NCBI GenBank assembly: GCA_030704615.1
Contig: CM060734.1
Location: forward strand, 4,402,001-4,466,000
Origin: Takakia lepidozioides
Taxonomy: Eukaryota; Plantae; Bryophyta
Length of the DNA stretch: 64,000 nt
Direction of reading: 5' to 3'
Below are positions 52,401-64,000 of the stretch, one piece after another. Each line of letters begins with the position of its first letter. Positions within the stretch are counted from its first letter, which is position 1. The notes below the pieces were generated by a model. It was not told where the DNA came from and did not search any database. It was given only the letters and a program-made list of their open reading frames with translations. A program made the translations under genes and the position numbers.

Positions 52401-53000
52401 GTGTATGGAAAGCCCAAGTACGGCATACAGACAATGCCAGAGGCTCCCCCGGTGTGGCCGGTGGAACCAGGCAGCGATCTGAGTCAGGTTGAGGCCGACG
52501 CCCTTACCGCCGCAGGATTTCGGATGGTGCAGCGCACTGACGTGCCCAGACAACCATTTCCGCTTCCACAGCCTCCACCACCGACCCCTGTGAGAGCAAG
52601 AACAATGGGACACGACAGCTCTAAGCATCCTACACACCGTTGGGGGAAACCGAAGAGGCGGCGACCTCCCTCAAAAGTGAACGAGACAAGGATGGGGAAT
52701 GCACTTCGGATGAACTGTACAATCCAGAGCTCGACAGAAGTGCCCCCACCAGGATTCGGGCGTGTGTATCAGATGGCCACGGCGGGCTCAGCTGTTCGCA
52801 ATGAGGTGTACACCATCACCATTTCAGAATTACCCACCTGCAATTGCACCGACTTCCAGATCATGGCGAACAAGGGGGCATCATACTGCCCTTGCAAGCA
52901 TTTGTACTACGTGTACCTAAAGAGACTCCGTTGTAATTCCACAACTCATCACTTCATACATGCACCAGGGTTGAGCCCCAGGAGGTTCACACTCTTCTGA
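49419..53000 (+). CDS. Element D GCM-like DNA-binding domain + MULE DDE + SWIM transposase (intron 51513-51595; one probable frameshift near 52.2 kb)
   Basis: DGHPWCVTKTS..CAGKLRC..HVGVHCHP (GCM-like), WVMFDHIKR, FMADNAQAN, CGFHW (CxxH), TNMAESVH and SWIM CNCTDF...CKH. Confidence 0.88.
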
Positions 53001-53868
53001 ATATGGATCCAGGGGACCAGTGAGCTTGGCTTGCGGTCCACATACAATGGTACGCCCATCGGATAGTAGAACTGTACTGCTGCCAGTACCTCAGACTCTG
53101 GCCACACAAAGGTCCGACATATGTCTTGCCTACCAGTAACCTGTTTTGATCGAACTAAGATATTACTATATCGTTCACTTGTTTCCACGTGCATGTATTT
53201 TTGTATGTTGGAGGGTTCATGTTTTTCTGCTTTCCGAAAACTTGCTCTCCTCATTCGACCTCCGACAAGGAAATGCGGCGCCGAATTTCCAAGTATCGTC
53301 GTAGGTACCCCCAGAGGCGGCCTTCGCCAACACCAAACCGCTCCGAAATTTCGCACGTGCGAACCCTAATGCGGCACCCTATTTCCCAGTTCAGTTGCAA
53401 ACCTTTCCCGCCGAATACCCGAAGAAGACAGAATTGTGAAGTACTGCAGACTGTATTGGTGCAGACTCCATTGGTTCAATCGCGGCAAAAGGGTCAGCTT
53501 CATTCCAATGTTAAGGCATGTAAAACCGCGGAATACTCTATACAGGCCAGTATGCGACGTCCTTTTGCAGTGGTATACTGGATTTCCCGTTGCACGGTCA
53601 CTTATTTCCATGAGCGGATCTATAAAACCATGAGCGGACTTGTTACTGACGACATATCTTCGCCGCATTACATGATCTGGAACGTCCAAAAACGGCAAGG
53701 TCAAATAAAAAACTATTATTTTAATACTTGTTTAATCTGCCGCATTTCCAAATTTGGAGGAGTCCGCTCATGAAATCCGCGTATCTTAGACTTCGGCTCA
53801 CCGCTCATGCGGCTCATGCGGCTCATGGCTCATGGCTCATGGTTTCTGCTCATGAAATAGTAAACCTC

Positions 53869-56800
53869 CAACTACGGGGGTTTTGACCTTGGCACACTGA
53901 CCCTGTGTGGCCCATTTAGACATAAAAAAAAAGCATAAAGGGGGCACAAACAGTGTGCTTTGAAGCACACTCTTTGGTGCTTCCAATTTGGGGTTTTTTG
54001 ACATGGCATACTAGCCCCTCTGTGGCTCATTTGGACATCCTAAAACAGGCTGAGAGAGGGGCACAAACAGTGTACGTTGACGCACACTGTTTGATGCTTC
54101 CAACTATGGGGTTGTTTGACATGGCATTCCGGCCCTGTTTGGCCCATTTACACATCAAAAAATTAGCATAAAGGGGAGCACAAACAGTGTGCTTTGAAGC
54201 ACACTGTTTGGTGCTTCCAATAAGGGGTTTTTTGACATGGCATACTGGCCTTGTGTGGCCCATTTAGACATCAAAAAACAGGCTGAGATGGGGGCACAAA
54301 TAGTGTACGTTGACGCACACTGTTTGGTGCTTCCAACTATGGGGTTTGTTGACATGGCATTCTGGCCCTGTTTTGCCCATTTAGACATCAATAATCAATC
54401 ATAAAGGGGAGCACAAACAGTATGCTTTGAAGCACACTGTTCAGTGCTCCCAATTAGGGGTTTTCTGACATGGCATTCTGGCCCTGTGTGGCCCATTTTG
54501 AGATCCAAAAACAGGCTGAGAGAGGGGCACAAACAGTAAGCGTTGACACACACTGTTTGGTGCTTCCAACTACGGGTTTTTTCAACTTGGCACACTGGCC
54601 CTGTGTGGCCCATTTAGACATCAAAAAACAACTGGAAAGGGGGGCACAAATAGTGCGCGTTGCCGCACACTGTTTGGTGCTTCCAACTACACGCATTTTG
54701 ACCTTGGCACACTGGCCCCGTGTGGCCCATTTATACATCAAAAAAAAAAACATCAAAAGGGCACGTATGCTTTGAAGCACACTGTTTGGTGCTTCCAATT
54801 AGGGGTTTTTTGACATGGCATACTAGCCCCTCTGTGGCTCATTTGGACATCCTAAAACAGGCTAAGAGAGGGGCACAAACAGTGTGCGTTCACGCACACT
54901 GTTTGATGCTTCCAACTATGGGGTTGTTTGACATGGCATTCTGGCCCTGTTTGGCCCATTTACACATCACAAATTAGCATAAAGGGGAGCACAAACAATG
55001 TGCTTTGAAGCACACTGTTTGGTGCTTCCAATAATGGGTTTTTTTTACATGGCATACTAGCCTTCTGTGGCCCATTTAGACATCAAAAAACAGGCGGAGA
55101 TGGGGGCACAAACAATGTGCGTTGACACACACTGTTTGGTGCTTCCAACTATGGGGCTTGTTGACATGGCATTCTGGCCCTGTGTTGCCCATTTAGACAT
55201 CAACAATCAAGCATAAAGGGAGCACAAACAGTGTGCTTTGAAGCACACTGTTTGGTGCTCCCAATTAGGGGTTTTTTGACATGGCATTCTGGCCCGGTGT
55301 GGCCCATTTTGAGATCCAAAAACAGGCTGAGAGAGGGGCACAAACAGTGTGCGTTGACGCACACTGTTTGGTGCTTCCAACTCTAGGGTTTTTTGATATG
55401 GCATACTGGCCCTGTGTGGCCCATTTAGACATCAATAAACAAGCATAAAGGGGAGCACAAACAGTGTGCTTTGAAGCACACTGTTTGGTGCTCCCAATGG
55501 GGGGTTTTTTGACATGTCATTTTGGCCCTGTGTGGCCCATTTGGAAATAAAAAACAGGCCGAGAGAGAGGCAGAAACAGTGTGCGTTGACGCACATTGCT
55601 TGGTGCTTCCAACTATGGGATTTTTTGACATGGAACACTGGCCCTGTGTGGCCCATTTAGACATCATTTTACAAGCATAAAGGGAGCACAAATAGTGTGC
55701 TTTGAAGCACATTGTTTGGTGCTTCCAATTAGGGGTTTTTTGAAATGGCATACTGACCCTGTGTGGCCCATTTTGAAATCAAAAAACAAGCTGAGAGAGG
55801 GGCACAAACAGTGTGCGTTGACGTACACTGTTTTGTGCTTCCATGTAGGTGTGATTTGAACTTGGCAGGCAGCCATGTGTGGCCCATTTTCACATCAAAA
55901 AACAAGCAAAGACGGGGGCACAAACAGTGTGCAATGACGCACTCTGTTTGGTGCTTTTGTCTTGGTGTGATTTGAACATGGCAGACTGGCCCTATGTGGC
56001 ATTTTTTGACATCAGAAAAGAACTAAAGTGGGGAGCACAAACAGTGTGCGTTGCCGCACACTGTTTTGTGCTTCCATGTGGACTTGTTTTGAACATGACA
56101 GACTGGCCATGTTTGGCCCATTTTGACATCAAAATAAAAGCCCTAAAAAGCCTTGGTGTGACACATTTTGACATAGAAAAACAAGCAAACTGGGGGGCAC
56201 ATACAGTGTGCGTTGCAGCACACCGTTTCGTGCTTCCATCTACATCTGTTTTGAACATGGCAGACTGGCCATGTTTGGCCCATTTTGACATTAAACAAAA
56301 AACAAAGTGGGGTGCACAAACAGTGTGCGTTGCCGCACACTGTTTTGTGCTTCGATGTAGGTGCGATTTGAACTTGGCAGGCAGCCATGTGCGGCCCATT
56401 TCACATCAAAAAACAAGCAAAAAGGGGGGCACAAACAGTGTGCGTTGCCGCACAAGTAGGTGTTATTCGAACATGGCAGACAGCCCTGCTGTGACACATT
56501 TTGACATAGAAAAACAAGCATTGTGGGGGGCACAAACAGTGTGCGTTGCCGCACACTGTTTTGTGCTTCCATACAGTTGTGATTTGAACACGGTAGACAG
56601 CCCTGGTGTGACACATTTTGACATGGAAAAACAAGCAAAGTGGGGGGCAAAAACAGTGTGCGTTGCTGCATAGTGTTTCGTGCTTGCATCTAGATCAGTT
56701 TTGAACATGGCAGACTGGCCATGTTTGGCCCATTATGACATTAAAAAAAAAAGCAAAGTGGGGGGCAGAAACAGTGTGCGTTGCTGCACTCTGTTTTGTG

Positions 56801-57170
56801 CTTCCTTTTTGGTGTGATTTGAACTTTGCAGGCAGCCCTGGTGTAACACATTTTGACATAGAAAGAAACCAAGTACAGGGGCACAAAGAGTGTGCGGCAA
56901 CGCACATTGTTTCGTGCATCCATCGAAGTGGGTTTGATACACCACATACTGGCCTGGTCTGGTTCATTTTGACATGAAGAACAAGCAAAAAAGAGGGGCA
57001 GAAATAGTGTGCGTTGCCGCACACTGTTTCGTGTTTCCATCGAGCTGCATTATGACATGGCAGACTGGGCTGGTGTGGTACAATTTGACATCAAAAACAA
57101 ACAAAGCAGGGCTAGGTTTTCTTGATAAATGATAGACTGGGCTGGTGAGGTGCATTTTGAGATCAAAGAA
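53869..57170. repeat. Element C about 119-bp palindromic tandem array, right part (roughly 27 units)
   Basis: Same unit with alternating GTTGAC / TTTGAA / GTTGCC centres; more diverged beyond about 55850. Confidence 0.93.
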
Positions 57171-57202
57171 CAACAAGATGAGGGGTTGTTAGGACAGACT
57201 TG

Positions 57203-57600
57203 TACCTTTCTTTGTGCTGCGTTGGATGTCTCTCCAATCGCATGAGACCCTTTGCGCTTCGGACTGCTGTCTACGCCGAGCATGTTCTGGAGCATCTCCG
57301 CCATCCTCTTTTCCACTGTCTGCTTCTTCATGAGGCCACCATCAACATCCTCTTCGACGTCCGTCTCTCCCTCGGATGCGGTCTCCTCCTCACCCGTTCT
57401 CGGCAGTATGTCGGGTTGTTGTTCCTCTCGAAAATCCTGCTCTTGCATCGCCAACCTCTCCTCATTGCCCTCATCTTCCTCATTTCCCTCTTCGTCTACT
57501 CTTTCCAACCTCATTCTATCTCTGGCTCTCTTCCTCTCCCCAGTGCTGGTAAAGTAGAGCGACTTCCTTATCTTCTTCCTCCGGTGGAAACAAACGCTCC
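57203..57600 (-). pseudogene. Upstream exon of the element C ParB-MTase-like gene
   Basis: RRKKIRKSLYF...RMRLE plus an acidic tract resembles the D N-terminus RRKLRKLYF...QMRLQEE; AAG/GTACAA donor near 57205. Confidence 0.6.
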
Positions 57601-58492
57601 CCGCGCTGCCTCTAGAGCTCTCCAGTTTGACGTTTGCACCAACGGTTGCTTTGGCATGTATCCAAAATATAATTTGGACATTGTTGACCGTATTTGGATG
57701 CTGGAGTCATCATTATGTGCGAACGGAATTCATCCATTTCTCCGTCTTTCAATTACCCAAAACATTAAGTGGTGGCACTTCAATTGTCGTTTTGTCTACT
57801 TGTGGGATATGTCAGTTGTACTTCGCCGGCTGCCAGTACACGACAGGCTTCTTGCATTCAAAAAAATTGAGAAGCGCCGTAAAAATCCATCACGAGTCGA
57901 ATTTTTGAGAGTACTTGCACATTGGCAATAATTGTGATGCTTCACACATGCATCCACGTATGTTGTACTGCCTATCCTGTGATTTGCATTTTGCCGTCAC
58001 CGGCGCAATGCAGCCATTTTGGCATAAAGCTTGATGTCGGCAATCGTAATGTGTTGCGCACCTTCGTGCCGAGTATCCCCCTGAGTGTCAGTGTTTGTGT
58101 TGTGCTCTTCTGGCACAACACAAACAAATTTGACTCGGGGTATCCTGTTTATTGGACTCGTGGGGCCATTGCCGTCTTTCCATAATGGATGTCTTCATAT
58201 CCTTTGCAGGGTTTGCTTTTCATCCAAACACAATACGGCTTCTTGTGGCTTCTTGTCTTTGAAGACAATTTTTCTAGTTGGTGTCTCTCAGTGTGGCTGA
58301 TTGCGGAGTTCGGTGCAGACTTTCGCCGTGCATGTCATTCTTACATCCGTTGCATGCATCGCCCGCAGTCTTTGGGTCAGTGCTACCCTTATTCACCTCA
58401 GTTCGTTTGGGGTGGATCTCCTTTCGAGAATTACGGGCTATCAGTTCGGGGGACCCTTTGTGGATCGCAACTTTGGGTCAGTGTAGGAAAAC

Positions 58493-61400
58493 ATGTCCAG
58501 GGAGGGAGACAAACTTGCTCGATTTCATTCCAATGCAGGTAGTCTTCCACTGACTGCCACTGCAGATGACGATGGGTTTGCAGTTGTTCATGAGGATGAG
58601 CTGGTTACAGTGTTCCCTTTGGAATTGGGTTCTCTGCTTGTTCAAAAAGAGGTGTATGACGAGGATGGGAATTTGGATTTTGGGCACTTGGAGAAACCAT
58701 TGGTTGGCGAGTGTGGAAGGAAGTGGAGAGTCCTTCCAGTCACATACCGGGTCCTTAGAAAAGAGAGAAGACAATCAGCAGGATTAGTAGTTACCCCTGG
58801 CACTACAGCATCGGTCGTGCAGCAGAAGAGCACAGTTAATGTGAAACAAGAGGTGAGCACATCCACTACATTCGTGACTCTTTCAGACTCGTCCTCGGAG
58901 GATGTCTCTGAGATTCCTCCGCCAGTGCAGACTCCATTCTTGGATGATGACGAATTGCAGGAGATAACGAGTGTCATTCCGAAATTGAAAGCCCTCGCAG
59001 GGGTGACTGGGTGCAAGAGCGAGCTGCGTTTTGTTGATTGGGAGTCCCTTCGGGTGCAGCGGGTTCAATATGTGCCAGTAGAGTTTGACAGGGACATCTT
59101 GTTTGAGCTCAACCCTCCCACATCTTCCGGTGGACTAGCTGGGCTTCTGCAGGGCATGGACAAGAAACATGACGGGCACCCTTGGTGCAGGACAAAAACA
59201 TCGAACATCCAGGATTGAAATTTCGAAGGTCGGTTTGCGTTGGGCATTGCAAGTGCGTGAATATTTCTTGTCATCGCCTGAGAAATAGCGCTAAACCAAA
59301 CAAAAGTGAGTGGGAAGGTGTGCCCCTGAATCCTTTCACCCCAGGGCTTGCCCCTCCCAAGACCAATACTTTTGTGTGCAGGTTCTGCAAACTTGCCCCG
59401 TCCTGTGTTTCTGTGTGCCACACTCGTATGTACCAGGTGGCACACCGATGCAAGATAATGACTCGTGCCTGCATTCATATGGGTACACACGAGCATCCTG
59501 GGTCGAAGGGAAGTTGCAGGGATAGCGTGGACATCGCTACAAATCTGCTGAAGCAGGAGTTCCACAATGTCCCTTGTGCAACACCTGCTGCTATAACGCT
59601 TGTAGCTAACAAGACATTCCTGGAAAAAACACATACTGGGTGAAGGGGATGCGACACAACCAATGTTGGATGCAGATTTGCTTGATGCAGTGATGGACCA
59701 TTTCTCCGTGTTGAGCTCTCCCAATATTCAAAACCAGGTGAATGCACTCAGAATGGGCACAGGCAGTGCTGGATTCATGGACAACATTATGGACCTCAAA
59801 CGGAGGAGTCGCTATGAATTCATTCAAAACAGTATCTTCCCTAGCCAGGGTTCGTCCAAGGTGTATTTGTTCAAGATGTCCACAGTGGGCAAAGGCAGTG
59901 GTGTGAGCATAGTCCGCCGAATGCAACCTGGAGGAGATTTGGCAAAATATTGGTTAATGTTTGATCACTGCAAACGGGTGAAGGGTTGGACAACCATGGC
60001 GTGCCATGTGTACGATCCAGCGTACCAGCGTGTGCTCTCCATAGCAATTTGTGATATACAGTCGGAGGACACTGAATCCCAGATGCTCATGTGAAATTCT
60101 CTCCTGGCCGTCATGCAGAACACAAATTTTGCGGGCTTCATGGCTGATAGTGCACAGGCAAATTTCAATGCAGTGCGGCGCGTCTTTGGTTCGGGGGATC
60201 CTAAGGTCCCAATGGAAAATAGAGTGCGCACATGCCTCTTCCATTGGAGTCAATCTCTAGCACGTCATACAAAGCGCTGCATTCGCCCTGACCTTCAGTT
60301 GGAGCACAAAAAACTCTGCCTCAAGTACAAAAATGCCACCTCAATGGGAGAAGCTGTGAGCACTTACCAAGCAATCCGGGCTTGGTGGTTCTCCTCTAGT
60401 GCTGCTACTGGTATCCACCTGAAGGACTTGGAGGACTGGTTGGTTTTCTGGCACTTCAGGTACAGACAGTGGGGAGCTTTCATGACGACGGAAAGCCTCT
60501 TCAATCCCAGAAACACAAATTTCACTTTGCATCGTGCCTGTTCCTTTGGGGTTGTTGGATTGTCACTTGCAGAACCTCTTCCATTTCCTTTCGTTCCTCA
60601 CATTTGCATGCAATGCCTCCTGCAGGACATGTCCTTAGAGGACTTGGCCGACATGCCTTCCTGTAATTTGGCGGAGACTGTTCACAACGCCTGGATGCAG
60701 CAGTCCACCAAAGCAGGACGTGACCTGTATGTGGCCACTGTAGATGACATGGTGCGGGCACTTACACAACAAACCAGATACCGCAATTTTCTGATGGGAC
60801 GGGGCGGAGGCAAGGGCACTGATACGACTTTATTGATGCTAAGGGGTGCGAGCAGGTCCAGAGACCCATCGAAGATGGCTAGAGCTCTGAACGAGTGCAC
60901 TGAAGGCTCACCTTTGCAATCCAGGGTCCCCCATTTGGAAGGCGAGGAAACATTTGGATCATGCAAAAGGAAATTGAACACTCCTCCAGGGTCGGATGGA
61001 GATTCCCATCGGCCGGACAGGGTCAATTTCTCTGTACCACAGGTGTCTCCGGTGTAGACTAAGTTGTGTGCCCGCCCCTTCCCAGGTGGGTCCTCTTCTA
61101 GTGGAGCAGGTGCAAATCATGCAAGCACAACAGCAGGAATCCCATTGGAGGAGGTGGTGTGTTTGGTGCATGAATCTGATTGCATTGATAGTGACATTTC
61201 ATATAGAACGCACCCCACCAGGATCTAGAGTGGCTTGCATGGCAATTCGGACCCCCTCTTTCAAGAAATGCAAATCAAAAATATGCAAAGGCTCTAGGGG
61301 GACTCCAACTCCAACATTCACAGGGTTGTTCCGACCTTATCATACTGGGGATCAAAGGACCACAATTTCTGGTTCTGCCCAGACGATATGGCACGATGCG

Positions 61401-62037
61401 TCAAGGGAATAGTTCGTCCTTCGGTGATAATGAAGCCCCCTCTGCCCGCAATTTGGCTGTGAAACTTGGGACGTCGTTGTCATCAACCGATATAAGCAAG
61501 CTGGAGGAGGGAGGGTTTTGTCTTGCATGGTCCCGGGTGGTGCCCTCATGCACTCTGAGCACAGATGTGCCACATGCTCCGGCAATGCCTCCACCCGGTG
61601 CCGACTCCCACCCAACAAAAAGAGATGGAAAAACAGTGCGCCGAGTCGCTTCGGGTGCAGATCATGACTGTAAGATGGAATCGGCTAGAATTTCGCAGGC
61701 TCGGGTGACTCGTATCACCGAAGTCCCTGCCCCGGAGTATGGACGGATTTACACAGTGTTGTCTACTGGCTCAGTTCTTCATGGCAAAGAATATCATGTT
61801 ACCGTGGGGAATTTCCCTACGTGCACTTGTCCGGATTTTGTAACGATGCGTGAGGGCGCTCTCGGCATGAGAGGGAAGTGGGTCCCCTGCAAACATCAAT
61901 ATTACATATACCTTGTAATTATGTGTTGCGATGGTAAGAGAGACCAATTCATTCACCAAGCCACACTAGGCTACGGAGAAGTCATCACCCTTCTACAGCG
62001 GGACAGCTCACGTAGGGCTCCGCCAGATTCTCTTTGA
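58493..62037 (+). pseudogene. Element C GCM-like DNA-binding domain + MULE DDE + SWIM transposase (in-frame stops)
   Basis: DGHPWCRTKTS, HMGTHEHP, WLMFDHCKR, FMADSAQAN, CLFHW, NLAETVH and SWIM CTCPDF...CKH; TGA stops at 59216, 59641 and 60092. Confidence 0.87.
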
Positions 62038-62456
62038 ACACATACGAGCCATGCCCACTTCCCATGCTGGTTTCCAGGTTATCATATGAAGACTTTGCAT
62101 TTAGGACAAACACATACATTTTGTTCACGGAACCAGGGCAATTGCACATGCCATTCATTATAAGCGTCTATCTATGAATTGAAATAAAGTGTGTCAATCA
62201 TTCCGAGCTCAAATCTGCCATATTTTCATATTCCTCTTTTTATGCAGGCATTGCAGACATGGTGCATGGTGGCCCCCTTTGTTTTGTCCACGGTAATAGG
62301 CCCTCTTCCTGCAATCCTCGCCTATAGGACCTGCTTCTCCAGCAGATTTGTGCCGCTCACGCTTCCCTGAAGCGTGAGCTCAACTCACGCTTTGCAGCTA
62401 CAACGTGAGCTCAGCTCCCAGGCTCACGGGGCTGGGCTCACGCCGTAGCTACGCTG

Positions 62457-63587
62457 GCTTGGGAGAAGCATGGACACGCGATGACTTTCTCCTCGAGCAA
62501 GATATCTGGAACCTCGCTAGAAAACGAGCCTAACAGACCTTCAAAAAACACGTTGATGATGCACAATCTGTCTGTATGTGGAAAGATCAAAACCCGGACT
62601 CGGTCTTCTTGTACCATGAGGAATCATTGGCGCCCACATTTTAACATTTTGATGGAGATTTGATCTTCACCATTGGGATTCAGACGCTATGGCAACGGCA
62701 GAAGATGTTGGACTTGGGCGATGAGCGCATCGTAGCTTGCGATGCTACATTTGGAACTAACCATCACAAGGTCTGCCGTGGACCCTCTCCACGGGGTTCT
62801 GGGAATATGATAGTGTAGTACATTGTCTGTCAGTCTCCCACTACTGTTGTGGGATGCCTTTTCGTCCTCAATCCCAACAGACCCAACTGTGGTAGACCCT
62901 GTTCCAGTAGACCCTGTGCAAATAGACCATGTGCCAGTACACACTGTTACAATAGACCTTGTGCGTGTACACCTTGTTACAATAAACCCTGTCGGTAGGA
63001 TCATAATTGTGTTTATGCAGGGCAAAAAGTATAAAAGTTTGGATCCGTTGGTCCACTGTCCTCACTGGTCAGCTAATTGTGAATTGTCATTTCATGCAGT
63101 TCCCCTTGTACACGTTAATGGTGTTTGACCAATGGTTGAACGGAATTCCGGTTGCACACATATTGTCAGCATGTAATCGAACATTAGACCTCATCCTGTG
63201 GATGTCAGCATTGCATGATTCCCTCCTTGCAAAAATGCCCAGCTGGCGCCCGAATGCCTTCATTGTGGACGACGTTGAAGCAGAAATCAATGCAATCCGC
63301 TATGCCAGAGATTTCAGTGTGCTCTATGGTCTGCTATATGGTCTGTTGTATGGTCTGACATGATGCCTGCCTGCTGGTCTGCCCAGTGTGATCTCCCATT
63401 TGTGCGACATAGTGTGGTCGGGTATATTCCTGTGAAAACAGACCTGCACGGACCACATAGTCAGAAGGGCGTGGACCAGGCATCCGTTCTCCCTCGAAAC
63501 TGTTGGCAGATATGGGAGACCTTATGTACTGCAGAGGTGGATCTCAAAAAGAAGACGAGGCTGTCAAATGGGTTAAGAAAAAATTGA
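62457..63587 (+). pseudogene. Element A transposase, catalytic-domain part (stops, frameshifts, intron 62771-63099)
   Basis: TRDDFLLEQDIWNLARK, DDAQSVCMW, FTIGIQTLWQ, VACDATFGTN, FPLYTLMVFD...GIPVA, WRPNAFIVDDVEAEINAIR. Confidence 0.82.
62892..62996. repeat. Degenerate 15-bp minisatellite in an intron of the element A transposase
   Basis: GTAGACCCTGTTCCA-like unit repeated about 7 times. Confidence 0.7.
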
Positions 63588-64000
63588 AGACAATTACCTA
63601 AGTCCCGATACCTTGCCCCTTTGGTTTTTGTACACATGTTTTATCCAAAACAAGGGGTGGGTAAACACTAAAAGTCTGATATAAGATTTCCTGATTGTTA
63701 CTTCATGACAATCATTAGGGCGACTATCTCTTGTTCCCTACGGCATACTGATGTGACAATGGAGCAATGATATGACAAGCTGATGGCTTTAAAGAGATCT
63801 GGTAACATGCTACAATGTAGGGCAGACCTGTTTTCATGACCAGACAGTGTTCTTGAATGTACAAGCATTGGAAACTTAGCCTCTTTTAGAAGCTGGTTAC
63901 TTTAGGACACTTGATACCATGCCGAACTGATATGGATGGATCTTTTGTGGCCAAATCTGGTCCTTGGTTATATGCCCTTGAATGTTTACCTATTTTCCAA

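Larger units (their letters stand above)
39139..53868. mobile_element. MULE D, 14.7 kb, nested in the repeat array of C; same gene architecture as C
   Basis: TIRs GGGGGCTGCTATTTCATGAGC and reverse complement GAGGTTTACTATTTCATGAGC with (CATGAGC)n subterminal repeats; 8-bp TSD CAACTACG at 39131-39138 and 53869-53876. Confidence 0.92.
33585..62456. mobile_element. MULE C (about 14.1 kb without nested D): ParB-MTase-like gene, palindrome array and GCM-MULE transposase
   Basis: Ends GAGGGGTGCTATTCCGTGAGCCC and reverse complement CAGCGTAGCTACGGCGTGAGCCC; 9-bp TSD GCTTGGGAT / GCTTGGGAG at 33576-33584 and 62457-62465; removal restores the host frame HNTSLGEAWTRDD. Confidence 0.88.
13606..63587 (+). 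mobile_element. Outer Mutator-like element A, host of all nested insertions; left end tentative, right end not found in the window
   Basis: Abrupt AT-rich to GC-rich switch at GGGAGTTTATG (13606), resembling the other MULE termini; transposase fragments at 21061-21787, 33434-33584 and 62457-63587 join in frame. Confidence 0.55.

Noticed and set aside
53953-57040. ORFs in the 119-bp array, such as 55879-56673
   Set aside because: Artefacts of the tandem repeat; frames break with unit-length indels.

Overview
Eukaryotic land-plant genomic DNA with spliceosomal introns, probably from a seed-free plant (inference). 1-13.5 kb: the last five coding exons of an ALA1-type P4-ATPase, three copies of one LINE family (one antisense in the last intron) and a Tourist-like MITE. 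13.6-64 kb: a nested stack of transposons. An outer Mutator-like element (A; At4g13970/At1g60560-type SWIM transposase) is interrupted by an intact chromoviral Ty3/Gypsy element (13960-20933) and by two large MULEs inserted 151 bp apart in one transposase exon (B 21788-33433; C 33585-62456). A fourth MULE (D 39139-53868) sits inside C. All four nested insertions have resolvable termini and target-site duplications, and removing B and C restores the outer reading frame. C and D share an unusual architecture. Each has a GCM-like/DDE/SWIM transposase facing away from an intron-containing gene that fuses a ParB-like domain (WDGNHR) to a beta-class N4C/N6A DNA-methyltransferase-like domain with a DIPDG variant motif. 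Each also carries its own array of palindromic repeats: a 22-bp palindrome at a 53-bp period in D, and 13-bp-arm hairpins in about 119-bp units in C. This is a candidate ParB/parS-like self-recognition or anti-silencing system carried by plant transposons. All family assignments rest on motif recognition and recall, not on database searches.
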